Positions 25,249-37,692 of a stretch of 64,000 nucleotides of DNA are shown here, piece after piece. Made by a program: the position numbers and the translations under genes. The notes beneath the pieces are model-generated. The model had not been told where the DNA came from and made no database searches. It saw only the letters and a program-made list of their open reading frames with translations. Source of the DNA: the human T2T-CHM13v2.0 reference genome, Homo sapiens; assembly GCF_009914755.1 (NCBI RefSeq), contig NC_060931.1. One strand, written 5' to 3'. Each line of letters begins with the position of its first letter. Within the stretch, counting starts at the first letter, position 1.

Positions 25249-26733
25249 TTAAATTTTCATTACTTTAATGAAACCCACTGTATTTGTTGGGGCTGTATAG
25301 TGAAGGAAAAGTAAGATAAATGGTTTGTAATTTTCAAGGTTGCCATCAAACACATCTCCAACAGTTCTCAACTACAAAAGAATTCATTAGTGGAGAAAAT
25401 TCCATTCAGCCAGTGGCCTATAGCTGGACCAATGTCCCAGCATCTCAATTAAGAGATGCTATTCTTCGGGGAACAAAACTAATAACACTGATCAACTTCT
25501 TGCCTCCCCTTTCCAACTTCCTCCAAGGAATTTTTTTAAATTGATGTTGATGCCAGGAAAAGAACAAACACCCTCCATTTGCAAGTGGAACAGAAAAACA
25601 GAAGCAGGTGGTCAAGTAGCTAAGCTGGCAAAGCTTCTGGCCTGTAGCCGGATGGCCTGAATTCATTCTTGGCTGAGGTCACCAGTGACTCCCCAATGCA
25701 CAGCTGTATAGTGGTCAGTCCCACCTTTACAAAAAAAAAAATGTTTGTGAAAGACAGGAAAAGGCCATGAAAATACTCACTTGATTAAAGAATCTGTGAA
25801 TGCCATGAAGAACATTAGGAATTCCGCCTATTACTTTAAAATGCTCATGGCAAAGATACATACTCACATTTGGTGAGGATATTGTCATACATATTCAAGG
25901 AACTTATTTTAAGAATTGATCATCAAAACTGCCCATCCCTCATGCTTATTATCATCCTTTGGAGTTTATGCTTTGGGGCTTTGTATTATTTCCTTAATTG
26001 CTAATTCAAGCCAACCTCAGTAAGCTTAAATAACTCAATTAATCAGTACATGCCTTGATTGTTTCTTAAGGAAAAAAATAAAGTACTATACTAAATAATC
26101 TCTAAGACTTTTTAAGACTTTTAATTTCATTATTATAAAATTGAAGCTTCTTTTTACTTTCTCCTATGCTAGCAAACTTCCCACCAGCTCCCTCTTTTTC
26201 TTCATACCTCTAAATAACAATTGTCTACAACTTAAAATGTAGTCACTTGGATATATAAATACAGTGATGATCACAATTACATCTAAATTAAAATTTGAAA
26301 CTGTATCGATTTTTTGGAATCATTGAATCTACCACATGTCACAATTTCTGGCAAAAAAAAAAAATACTAGTACTCATAAGTATTTAAAATAGTTTCCCAG
26401 TTTGAAATAAAGGCTGCCTGGTACTTAACTAGTAAAAATCAGGTATTAATCAAGTTTTAAACTACCTTTACATCATTAATTTTGTTGTAAAACAATCTAA
26501 AAGCATGTTTTAAAAATTCTTCAAAATGTTGCATGATTCAAATGTCTTTCATTTGGACTACAATGAATGAGAATGAAATGCTTTGGCTCTTAGATCCATC
26601 ATACCTATTCTGATATCTGTGCTTTCACCTGGACATGTTGTTTGGAGCTATGTAAATTAAAGTCTCAAAGTCACTCCTTTTGGGTAACCTGCCAGCACAC
26701 ATACAAAGAGTTCCTTTAAAAACACAGTTAACG

Positions 26734-27017
26734 AGCCAGGCACAGTGGTAATCTCAGCACTCTGGGATGCCAAAGTGGGAGGACTGCTTGAAGCCAGGAG
26801 TTCGAGACCAGCCTGAGCAACATAGGGAGACCCCCATCTCTACAAATCAAAAAATTAGCCAGGCATGGTGGCGCATGCCTGGGGTCCCAGCCACCTGGGA
26901 ACCTGAGGTAAGAAGATCGCTTGAACCTGGGAGGTCAAGGCTTCAGTGAGTCAAGATGCCAAGATCATGTCACTGTACCCCAGCCTGAGTGACAGAGTGA
27001 GACTCTGTCTCAAAAAA
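26734..27017 (+). mobile_element. Alu, AluJ-type dimer
   Basis: Dimer with GGAGGTCAAGGCTTCAGTGAG; degenerate TSD AAAAACACAGTTAA / AAAAACATAGAGTTAA. Confidence 0.92.
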
Positions 27018-27269
27018 CATAGAGTTAAGTAACATAAGGACTTAGGTCAGGTGAACGCTGACCATGGCTGATGAAGAGAATAATTTTGAATTCTACTTAC
27101 AGCTATATTTGTCAATCACTGAAGGGGAAAATCAGGCACATCTGTTGTCCCAGTTTGGATCAGAAGTCCATGAAAAATTACATTCTAAGCATGGCCAACT
27201 TAAAAAATAGTATCAGCACCCTGGGTGGTCCTTTTAGAAAACTACACATATATGTGTATTATCACTATT

Positions 27270-27642
27270 TGATATGGTTTGATTTATGTCCCTGCCCAAA
27301 TCTCATGTGGAACTGTAATCCCCAATGTTGGAGGAGGGCCCTAGTGGGAGGTGATTAGATCATGGGGGTGAATTTGCCCCTTTGGTGCTGTTCTCACGAT
27401 AGTGAGCTCTCATGAGATCTGGCTGTTTCAAGTCCATCTTTCCTTTCACTCTCTCCTGTTCCAGCCACGTAAGACATGTCTGCTTCCCCTTCACCTTCTG
27501 CTGTGACTGAAAGCTTCCTGAGGTCTCCCCAGCCATGCTTCTAGTACAGCCTGTGGAATTGTGAGTCCATTAAACCTCTTTTCTTCATAAATTACCCAGT
27601 CTCAGGTATTCCTTTACAGCAGTACAAGAATGGACTAATATG
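27270..27642 (+). mobile_element. MaLR solo LTR, MST-type (MSTA-like)
   Basis: TGATATGGTTTG..CCCAAATCTCATG..TGTAATCCCCAATGTTGGAGG ... TAAACCTCTTTTCTTCATAAATTACCCAGTCTCAGGTATT..GGACTAATA; 5-bp TSD-like CTATT/CCATT. Confidence 0.88.
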
Positions 27643-28470
27643 CCATTGCTCCAAAGCTATACCTTTCCAAGCAAAACTGGTGGCAATACAGCTTGAAAAA
27701 TGAAACTTTAAACACAAAAATTAAAATGCCACTTAGAACAGACTCATTTAATTATCTGAGGGATAAAATTGAGAATTTTGTGACCCAAATATTTGATATT
27801 TTAAAGGAAGCATTTTCTATGAGGGTGGGGGAATTATAAATTATTCTTTGACTCACAAAGAAATTTCTGAGAAACATCATGCCACTAGTTAAGGGATGCA
27901 GAATTAGGCAGATAAATCCCAATCATGCATCTGTCGACCATCCAAGGCCTTCTTGTTCCACTCCACCTTTCTCGTGTAGCCTTTAGTGAGAATTCTGGCC
28001 TCGATTCCAGCATACAAACCAAGACTGAGAGAAGCAGAAATTTTTCTTTCTCAACTGCAAAATCTAAATGTCATGGCTGATAAGGGAGGAGGGCGACAAA
28101 TCACCTTTGTGCTTCACCAGTCCAAATTCAGGGAGCTGAGCAGTGCTGCCACTGGGGTATAGCTTGCCTACAATAGGCACTCAAGAGAAGTTATAGTCAT
28201 CTCAACAGTTGTGCAACTTCAACTAGTTACTACAAACTCCACCAACACTTTTTCCTGAACAGAATTTCTTGGGTCTCTCAGGTTCCAGATTTTTACACAA
28301 CCCCTGTAAGTTCAATTGTTATCTCCATTCTCACAAGCAGAGTAAAAGCAAAATTTGAAAGAGGAAAGAGGCTGCAAAAAGCAGCAAACAAAATTATAAG
28401 TGATCGTCTTATGACAAAAGAGAAGAGAGAAAAAAATAAAAGGCAAGAAAAATATTGAAAGAGCATATGT

Positions 28471-28768
28471 GGTCGGGCACAGTGACCACCGGTAATCCCA
28501 GCGCTTTGGGAGGCTAAGACACAAGGATTGCTTGAGCCCAGGAGTTCAAAATCAGCCTGGGCAATATGGTAAGACCTCATCTCTACAAAAAATTTAAAAA
28601 TAAAAAAAAATTAGCCAGGCATGGTGGCACATGCCTATAATCCCAGCTACTCAGGAGGCTGAGGTGGAAGGATCACTTGAGATCAGGAGGGTGAGGCTGC
28701 AGTGAGCTATGATCATGCCACTACACTCCAGTCTGGGTGACAGAATAATACCCCGTCTTAAAAAAAAA
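28471..28768 (+). mobile_element. Alu, AluJ-type dimer
   Basis: Dimer; TSD GAAAGAGCATAT / GAAAAAGCATAT. Confidence 0.93.
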
Positions 28769-30063
28769 CCAGAAAAAGCATATATATTTAGAGTTAACTT
28801 ACTATAGGAGCAGACCATACTTATCTCAATAGCTCCAAAGACATCATTACAAGCAGAACAAGAATTACATTCATAATGATGACCTTCATTAGTTACACAA
28901 ATGGTCAAGCTATATTCAGAATACTCTAAGAAGGAAAGGATTATTTAACATATTTTATAAAAATTTTCTTTAAAAATATTCTTAATTAGGATGCTAAGAA
29001 GAGTTGTACATATCCACAAAACTTGACATAGTACTTAAGTAATCTAAGAAATTTTAAAGCCAAAATGACTGCCTATGAACAATTATCAAGATACTGAGAT
29101 ACTGTACACAGAAATATTGTTAGCTATTGCCTCAGAGAATAGTATACACTCAGAAGTAGTACCATATATGATAAAAAAAATTGCACTTTTAGTGCGATGA
29201 TCCCAGTCAGACCTTATAACCATTGCCATACATTTCAAATATAATCCAGCAATGTGAAAAATCTCTCAAATCACAACACACACACACAGAAAAGGAAGGC
29301 TAAACTAACGTGAACATGAACCAGACTTCTTCGACCAAACATCCACAACTTATTTTCCAGGACACAATAAGTATTTCCAATTCTAAATGTTAGAAAAACT
29401 TTCACAAACAGTCCCAACCCTTCTTCAAAGCTTAAATATTTCAGCATCACGCTTCAATAGCTTAAGCTTCCACATTTTCATATCTCATTGCCAAGGCTGA
29501 ATGGCTCACTTCTGATATTAATTTTCCTTTTAAATGGAAAAATAATTAACCTATTTTCCATAAAGAAATAACTAATGAATACAATTACAATCTGCTTCAC
29601 AGAATAGACTGGCTATTGAAAGGAAAAGCAATATTTATATGAATTGTAATGAGAATTCTGACCATGTCATATTTTTTTTCATTAAATATAATCCATGTAA
29701 AAAAACTGTTTTTTCTTTTTTTATATTTAACTTTTTTCCTTTATCTTTTTTTTTTCTACTTGTCAGGGATTTGAAGTTCACTTTATCTTTAATATAATAT
29801 TTGATCCATGGAAAAATCACATAATGTTACATAGGTGTACTCTATACAGCATAATAATGTAATGGAACATGGTGAACCAACCACATGATGTGGGAACTAA
29901 AGCTTTACCAAAAACCTGCACAAATCTGGGTACCCTGCACCCCGATTGCATCCCTCTGTTTGCTAAGGTGTTTTCTTCATATCCACATTGACATTTTCTC
30001 CACATCAGTAATTATAGTTGGAAAGTATATTCCCAAATATTTCAAACAATTCTTCTAGCTGCC

Positions 30064-30454
30064 TTATTAGTTTGCTAGGGCTGCCATAACAAAATACCAG
30101 ACTGGGTGGCTTATGCAACTGAAATTTATTTTCTCACAGTTCTGGAGGCTGGAAGTCCAAGATCAAGGTGCTGGCAGGGCTGGTTTCCTCTGAGGCTTCT
30201 TGCCTTGGCTTGCAGATGGCTGTCCTCTTGCTGTGTCCTCACATGGTCCTCTCTCTGTGCACACGCATCCCTGGTGTCTCCTTGTGTGTCCAATTTCCTC
30301 TTCTTATACAGACCCAGTCAGAATAGATTAGGGCCCACCCTAAAGCCCTCATTTTAACTTAACCACCTATTTAAAGGGCCTGTTAGTCACATTCCGAAGT
30401 GCTTGGTTAGGATTTATATGAATTAGGGGTGAAGAGACAATTCAGTCCATAACA
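30064..30454 (-). mobile_element. MaLR solo LTR, MLT1B-like
   Basis: TATTAGTTTGCTAGGGCTGCCATAACAAAATACC..TCTCACAGTTCTGGAGGCTGGAAGTCCAAGATCAAGGTG ... AATTCAGTCCATAACA; TSD-like CTGCC/ATGCC. Confidence 0.88.
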
Positions 30455-32311
30455 ATGCCCCGATGAAATTTAAAGCAAATATTCCAGTACGTTTCCTGTG
30501 CTGTGCATTTTGGGATTCTTAATAGCAATTTGGGGAAATATCCTCTACCTAGAAGGCTAACAATTATTTGGCCATAGGGAATGCCTGCAGAAATAAGAAT
30601 ACTTCTTGAATAAGAAAGCCAGAAGCTTTATCTCTTCTTGGTGGCCACCAGCCTCTCTTTTAGGGTCCTATTTTACCTCCCTATGAGAAAGGAATTTGGG
30701 CCATATCTCTCAGAAGACTTGTTCTCTACTTCTAGTGGGAAGTGAACTATTAGAAAATATCTGACGTCAAATACAGGCCAGGTAATTTCCACTTCCTTTG
30801 TATCAAGAGAACAAGTGACTTTTAGATATTCACTGCCAGTATTAAAAACAGAGGTAAAAATCGGGCAATAGTTCCCTCCAGAACCAGACAACACTAATTA
30901 ATCAAAATTACAGTAATTCACATCTTCAAGTATTTATCTTCTGCAATAGAAATAAATTCATCAACAGTATGTCATTATGTGGAAAAACCATAATGCCAAA
31001 TGGTAAATATTATATAATCCTGTTACTGTAAGGATATATCAAATACATAAGTAAAAAATGTAAAGCCGGGAAGAACAGTAGATTATTTCTGGCAGTGAAG
31101 TTATAGATACATTTTGATATTTTTTCTTTAAACTTTTTGTTATTTCCAAATTTTCAACCAAAAAGTGTTAAATCTTATTTTCTGCTATATAGATGCACAG
31201 GTAAAAATGACAGCCTCATGTAATGAAAGACCCCGTAACTAGAGCAGAACCCACAGGATACAGTCTCAGATCTGAACAAACCAGAAATAAGCTTAATCAC
31301 GTCGTGTGAGCCCTTCATGACTACCAGTCTGTTCACACAGACATTTATAATTTCACTGGTACCAAAGACATCTGGCATGTCAACAGCTCAAAAGCCACCC
31401 AATGATACCCAGAATCCAGTGTAATCCCTCTGACATTCTATACATTTGCCTTATTACTTTAGCGTCAGATTTTACAGACATTTTATCCAAACACCAGGGA
31501 GAAAACAAAACAGCTAAAAAGCATGATTTCCCTCGTGCATTGTGTGAGAAAGAAATAGCAAAAGGGATGACTCCCCAACCCCTCCCCAATTTATAATTAC
31601 TTTTCCATGTTTCAACACAACTGTTTCAACTCAAGGGAAGGAGGGAAATGTCACTTCCGGACAATAGCCCTTGTTGTACTAAATTATTTTCCATTGTCTC
31701 TTTCTAAAGACTTAGTGGCGAGGCAGCTGTTTTACAGGCAGCAGGCCTTCTTACCCTGGTTCCCTAAGGAATCATTTCCTAAAGAGATTAATAACAGAGC
31801 CAAACAGAAGTGGCTTTGAGGCCTGTGCTGCTCTTTTATGGGCGGTCAGCAGCTAGTTCAAAAGGGTTCCATTGGGATCTAATGTGGCTTTCCAAGTAGG
31901 TATTAGTTGGGTAATATTTAGGAATCATCTGCTCCCAAAGACGAGTACACACACTGAAAACAGCATGAAGACCTGCAGGAGGCCGTAGTCACAGCTATGC
32001 CAGCTGAGGAAAAACTTGGAAATGCCCAAGGGCAGGTGCTAGCCCAGCAAAACCCCACAGCCAAACATTTTCATTGGCAATTCCACGTGGAAAATAGCCA
32101 GCAAGAAAGGCTACCTAAGCAGCATGATGGCCAACAATGCAGTGACCAAAATACATAAGAGAGCAAGCAGAATACCTGTGCGGCCTGACAACAGCAAGGC
32201 ACTGACAGGACCTGGACCAGCAGACCAGCCCTGGGCAGGTGACCCACAAGGAGGGCTCAGAGATGACCACTTCAGCCTTCCCATGCAGGGTTTTCCTTCC
32301 TCATTGCCTTT

Positions 32312-32343
32312 CCCCACCTCCCCACCTCCCCACCTCCCCACCT
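32312..32343. repeat. (CCCCACCT)4 tandem repeat
   Basis: Directly visible; reads (AGGTGGGG)4 on the minus strand. Confidence 0.9.
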
Positions 32344-33239
32344 CTGCACCAATTCCCTCCTGAGTCTCCACCTGCGTCCTGTTCTGTCCTGGCCTATTCC
32401 AGGTATGAACCATTCCATCTGCTGACTTCCACCTGGACCAGCTGCGGACCTTCAACTCTTTGGTCGGCTGTGAGAGTCTGTGGTATCCCATCAGACGTTA
32501 GTACACAACCTGAGGTAGCTCCTATCATCCAAAAGCAGAAATCATTCTCTCTCACACACACAATCTGGAAAAAACTGCCACAATCCTCAAAACACACTCT
32601 GCCTTTTCTAGCTTGAGCTTTTTTCTCTCAAGGTCTTTAATTCATTCAGAAGCTCATCCAACTCATCACTTAATTCAAGGGTAAGCTGCTGACATTCTAT
32701 CACGAAAAGGTATGTGGAGTCATCTTGCACAAAATCACAAGCATACTGATTTTCTGCCTTTATCTAGTAAAAGGACCAAAAACCTTCTCTTTATCATCAC
32801 ATCGTAACTACACATGCACATACACAAACACACACATGGAAACACACTCCACATATACACATCACCATATATGTATATGAAAGAAATCATGATTACAGGG
32901 AAAAAAGGCAGGATTTTAAATAATAACAGTAAGTATTATTGTTACTATTTTAATTAAAAGTTCTAATCACCACCTTAGGATAATGCAAGATGTTCTTCCC
33001 AAAACCCTCCCCTTCATTATGACCCCAAATGGCCCCAGAAACCTGTAATACCATCCGATTTTAAGGCTCTGTCTCACGTCCATATTCTACTCCCAGATGA
33101 CTGGTCTCTCATTTTCACTGGATGATGTTTTATCTCAATGTTTTAAAAAGTGGGTTTTTTGGTTTGTTTTTTTGTTTTGTTTTGTTTTGTTTTTGCATGC
33201 TTACTAAAAGAATTATAGCCACTGTGTTTCCCCTGGAAC

Positions 33240-33462
33240 TTTTTTTTTTTTTTTTTTTGAGACAGAGTCTCACTCTGTTGCCCAGGCTGGAGTGCAGTGG
33301 CGCGATCTTGGCTCACTGAAACCTGGCTAATTTTTTGTATTTTTAATAGAGACAGGGTTTCACCGTGTTAGCCAGGATGGTCTTGATCTCCTGACCTCGT
33401 GATCTGCCCGCCTCGGCCTCCCAAAGTGCTGGGATTACAGGTGTGAGTCACCGCGCCCAGCC
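33240..33462 (-). mobile_element. Alu, AluY-type, with ~75-bp internal deletion of the right arm
   Basis: Y-type diagnostics CACCGTGTTAGCCAGGATGGTC..CTGACCTCGTGATC; TSD TCCCCTGGAAC at 33229-33239 and 33466-33476. Confidence 0.9.
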
Positions 33463-35091
33463 CCGTCCCCTGGAACATTTTTAACTTGACATCTTAATCA
33501 TTTCTTCATCTGAAGTTTAAACAGTGAAAAAGGATTTCCAAAGTGTCCTATAATGACATTTGAAAATTAAACTATAACATGAGTCTCTAAAATGTATCCA
33601 CTGAATCAAAACACCAAGCTGTTTGCTCTCTACCATTATACATGTTTTAAAAAACCTGAAAAAGCTCTTGTGTAATAGAAATTTTTCCCTTATTTGCCTT
33701 GCCTTTGTATTTCCATTTCACTATCCTCACAAAATTTTATCTTAAGGTAAAATGTTTTTATGTTTGAAAGTTGTATTAATCATCCTATCATATATCTCTA
33801 AATTAAGTATACATAATATATAAGCCTAACTTACTAGAAATTGACATATGTATATAAATGTGAAGGTTTAGAAGGTTTTGTGGCCATAAAACTCTCATAT
33901 TTTTTTTCAGCTGGATTGATTTATATTTGTTATTTGTTGTATACAATTGATAAACACATAAGTATTACATCTTTATAAATGATTATAAGAATAAAAATGT
34001 TTTTAAAATTTATCTCTTAATGAGACATATGAGATTCTTTTTCCAATTAAGTTATGCATTTGCAGATGAATACTGCTAAAATGTGCATCAATTTTATTCC
34101 TATCTGCCCCCATCCCCTTTTTAATCTAAAAGCTAACAAAACTTATTCACACAAATAACTACATTGAAATTTAAGTGTGCTATAATAACTTTCCTCTATA
34201 GTTTGAATTCATTCTGGGACATATGCCAAAAAAATCTCAGGGTGATCTATCATCAACATTATTTTTAATGATCAACTGACAAGTCAATTAAGTCCTTTCT
34301 CAATTTTGTGGAAAATAAAGAATTGGATGCCACCTGAATTGCAAAAGTATTTGTTATCCTGTCATCAGAGTCATTAATTTTCATCAACCAACACCATTAT
34401 TTCAATCATTCCTTTGTTTGGAGAGCAGGTGTTTTTCTACCCCACAATCCAAAGAGCACCCTACTAAGAACAGGGGTGTGTGGAAGACTGACCTTTCTCT
34501 TACTGAGTGAAAGAAGATCTATTGGGAAAGGAGAGTACAGGCACTAAAGAAAAAGAACATATGAAAGTTGAGATCGGGAAACAGAATTCCTTAAATCCAC
34601 CCATACCTCTTATCACCACCCTCACCCAATGTGTACCCATTAGAAAGCCTCTGGGTCCATGAACCCGTCTACAGGTCTCCACTTGACTTCACAATGCTCT
34701 ATTTGGTTCTGATTCCAAAGACAACATAAAACTGGGAGCTTTGTTCTTCCCTCTACTGTAATGCAGCTGTTGTCTGTGTGACCTCTCATTATTAATAACA
34801 ATATAAAATTTTTAGTGGCCCATTTCTTGGCACAGAAAAATGTATTGGAAAAAAACTACAAGCACAATGCCCTTATTTGGCTTCTTCAGGATCAAAACAG
34901 AAAAACCTACAGTTTGCACAAATCTGCCAATTACTATATTTTAATTACATTAATTTTTACTCCCCAGAGTCTTCTAACACCAAGTCCTACTCAGTAACAA
35001 TATGGAAACTGACTCATTACAGTAAGCTGTCTCTTGAGTGCCTGTTTCTTTCAACCAACTGCATTTGCTCTGAAAGTACTGTGTTCCGCGT

Positions 35092-35136
35092 TGAAATTGC
35101 ACATAATATAAAACTGAAATTGCACATAATATAAAA
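35092..35136. repeat. Tandem duplication of a 23-bp unit TGAAATTGCACATAATATAAAAC
   Basis: Two adjacent copies, identical over 22 bp. Confidence 0.92.
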
Positions 35137-35489
35137 ACAAGTTTGGTGGTGGTGTTGTTTGTGCTTGTTTTTAATGACATCATTGCACAGATGTTGATCA
35201 TCGACATGTGAGAAGCCTTACCTACCATTTTCAAGATCTTGGCCATGGTGTCCTTTAGTGACATAAGTTCCCTAGGTTACAAGGATAATGAGGTAGAATG
35301 AGGGAAGGAAGAAAATAATTCTCCTGCCAACCAACTTCTAATTCTAGTCATCACTTCCAAAAATCAAGCTCCAGAGCACAAAATCATAGCTAGAACAAGT
35401 AGTTGGGGAGAGACATTAGAAATCTATATGATCCTCGCAGAGTGGTGCCTGTCCCTACTGTTACAGACAGCAGCCTAGGCTGAGGTATT

Positions 35490-35740
35490 TGTTAAGAGTT
35501 AAATTGCAGGAATCAGACAGCCCTGGGCTCAAAGTCTGCTGTCACCCCTTACTATACCTGTGTGATCTTAGGCAAGTAACCTTTCTAAATCTTAGATAGC
35601 TCTTCCGAAATACATAGATGATAATGATAGCACCTATTTACCAAGGCTTTTGTGATGAGTGAAGAAGCTAATAATGCATTTAAAAGCACTTAGCCTGATA
35701 CCTGGCAAACAGAACTGTTCGTTTAATGGTAGCTGTTGTT
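35490..35740 (+). mobile_element. MIR SINE
   Basis: GTTAAGAG..GGAATCAGACAGCCCTGGGCTCAAA..TGTGTGATCTTAGGCAAGTAACC..AAAGCACTTAGC..CCTGGCA. Confidence 0.75.
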
Positions 35741-35780
35741 AAAATATCTTTATGGATTTGCAAACCAATGTAAATTTGCA

Positions 35781-35972
35781 ACCCACCATGAAATAACAGT
35801 GCTAGGAAAAGAGCTGAACTGAAAATACATGGTTTCCTCACATCATTCCTCAAAACCAGTCACACACCAACATAGCCTGAGTTCCAATCCGACAGAGAAA
35901 CTGCCTCAACTGTGATAAGCACATTTTTTGGTTTCTGATAGCTAATCACATGGAAATGACTGGTTTTGCACA
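35781..35972 (+). repeat. Local direct duplication, copy 1
   Basis: ACCCACCATGAAATAACAGTGCTAGG...GACTGGTTTTGCACA aligns to 36824-37021. Confidence 0.95.
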
Positions 35973-36823
35973 ACTACGAATTTCTGTAAATTCATAGTTG
36001 ATATGTCAAATGCTATAGGAGACTACTGATTTTTTTTTAACAGAAATTTGAAATAAGCCCTTTTATAAGGTAAAAAAAAAGAGTCACCTTTTACAGGAAA
36101 TCTGTATCTTTATCAACTCAGCATTAGGTTTGCTTAAAGGAAAGGACACCTGCTTTGCAGAAAGGCTGTTCTTCTTTATGCTCTATGGACACCATGGGAA
36201 ATCCCATGGGCATGACTGGCCACGAGCTCTCATCTGCCTAGCACAGGCTACACACCTATACCTATCCCCTGGGACTTTCTTGATGACAGTACCATGGCTG
36301 TGGGACCATAATCAATCCAATAAACAAATTGTATTAAGTACCCAGCATCCAGATGTGGAAGAATCCCAAAATGCTTACTAACATCAGTATCACTCTCTCA
36401 TTCCCTGAGACCTTTCTGAAGGTTGCTCCTGGTCTCATTTTCCTTCATCACAGTTACAGGTGAAATGCAATGTCCTGTGACAGCAGTGCATGCACTAAGA
36501 GAGTTGTCGTGTTCTTGCTTCAAGATTTAAGGACTTTGGCCGTATCACTCATTTTGTACTTCTGAAGTGCTGAAGTGAGGCTTACAGTATGCCTTTCTTC
36601 TTATTCAATTTTTAATGGTCTCAAGTCATTTTGTACTTTAAATGAATAAACTTTTGCCATAAGAGAGGTAAGGAGAAAAAAAGAGGAGTGGGGAGCTAAA
36701 AGAGGGTGGGGAGCTATGAGAGACCAAAAAAATCATCGGTAACAGCCCCTGCTCCAAAGACTTGCTTTGTCAAAGACTACACCTTTGTCTCGGCTTCCCA
36801 TCCCTACAACCTAGCCAGGAAAT

Positions 36824-37021
36824 ACCCACCATGAAATAACAGTGCTAGGAAAAGAGCTGAACTGAAAATACATGGTTTCCTCACATTATTCCTCAAAACC
36901 AGTCAGACACCAACATAACCTGAGTTCCAATCTGACAGAGAAGCTGCCTCAACTGTGACGACAAGCACATTTTTTGGTTTCTGATAGCAGCTAGTCACAT
37001 GGAAATGACTGGTTTTGCACA
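36824..37021 (+). repeat. Local direct duplication, copy 2
   Basis: Differs from copy 1 by about 7 substitutions and two 3-bp insertions (manual alignment). Confidence 0.95.
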
Positions 37022-37403
37022 CTTTTTAAAAAAGGGATCCAAAAAATAAAAATATTTTTTCTAAGCCTCATTCATCATATTTCCCTTCATTCCTCTCGTT
37101 CATCCTCTATTCGGAACTACCGATGAGCTCAGATACAGAATAAATGTGCACATGATGGAGGCTGCCAAATCAGAAGGTTTTGTACGTATCCTCATAGGCT
37201 AACCAAGCCATGAGAAATCAGGACAGTATCTATTACAAAGGTTTCCTGAAAGACAGCAACTTCAGATATAAAATGAACCTATGATGGGACACAGAATGAA
37301 CATTTTAAAAAACTGTGTTTGAGCTTAGCCAATTCCTCAAAAGTTGTGATGAACTCAAAAAGTTACTTGAGATGCTTATTTATTTCACAGAAATAGAAAT
37401 GGA

Positions 37404-37692
37404 GGCTGAACGCATTTGGCTCACACCTATAATCTCAGCACTTTAGAAGGCTGAGGCAGGAGGATCTCTTGAGACCAGGAGCTCGGGACCAGCCTGGGCA
37501 ACATAGGGAGACCCCTGTCTCTACAAAAAATAAAAATTTTCCCGGTGTGGTGGCATATGCCTGTAATCCCAGCTACTCTGGGAACTGAGGTGGGAGGATC
37601 ACTTGTGCCTGGGATGTCGAGGCTGCAGTGAGTGGTGATCATGTCACTGCACTCCAGCCTGGGAAACAGGGCCTGTACCTTAAAAAAAAAAA
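37404..37692 (+). mobile_element. Alu, AluJ-type dimer
   Basis: Dimer with GGATGTCGAGGCTGCAGTGAG and A tail. Confidence 0.92.

Noticed and set aside
32111-32616. Overlapping 125-126-aa ORFs
   Set aside because: Extended by low-complexity C-rich repeat; no protein-like features.
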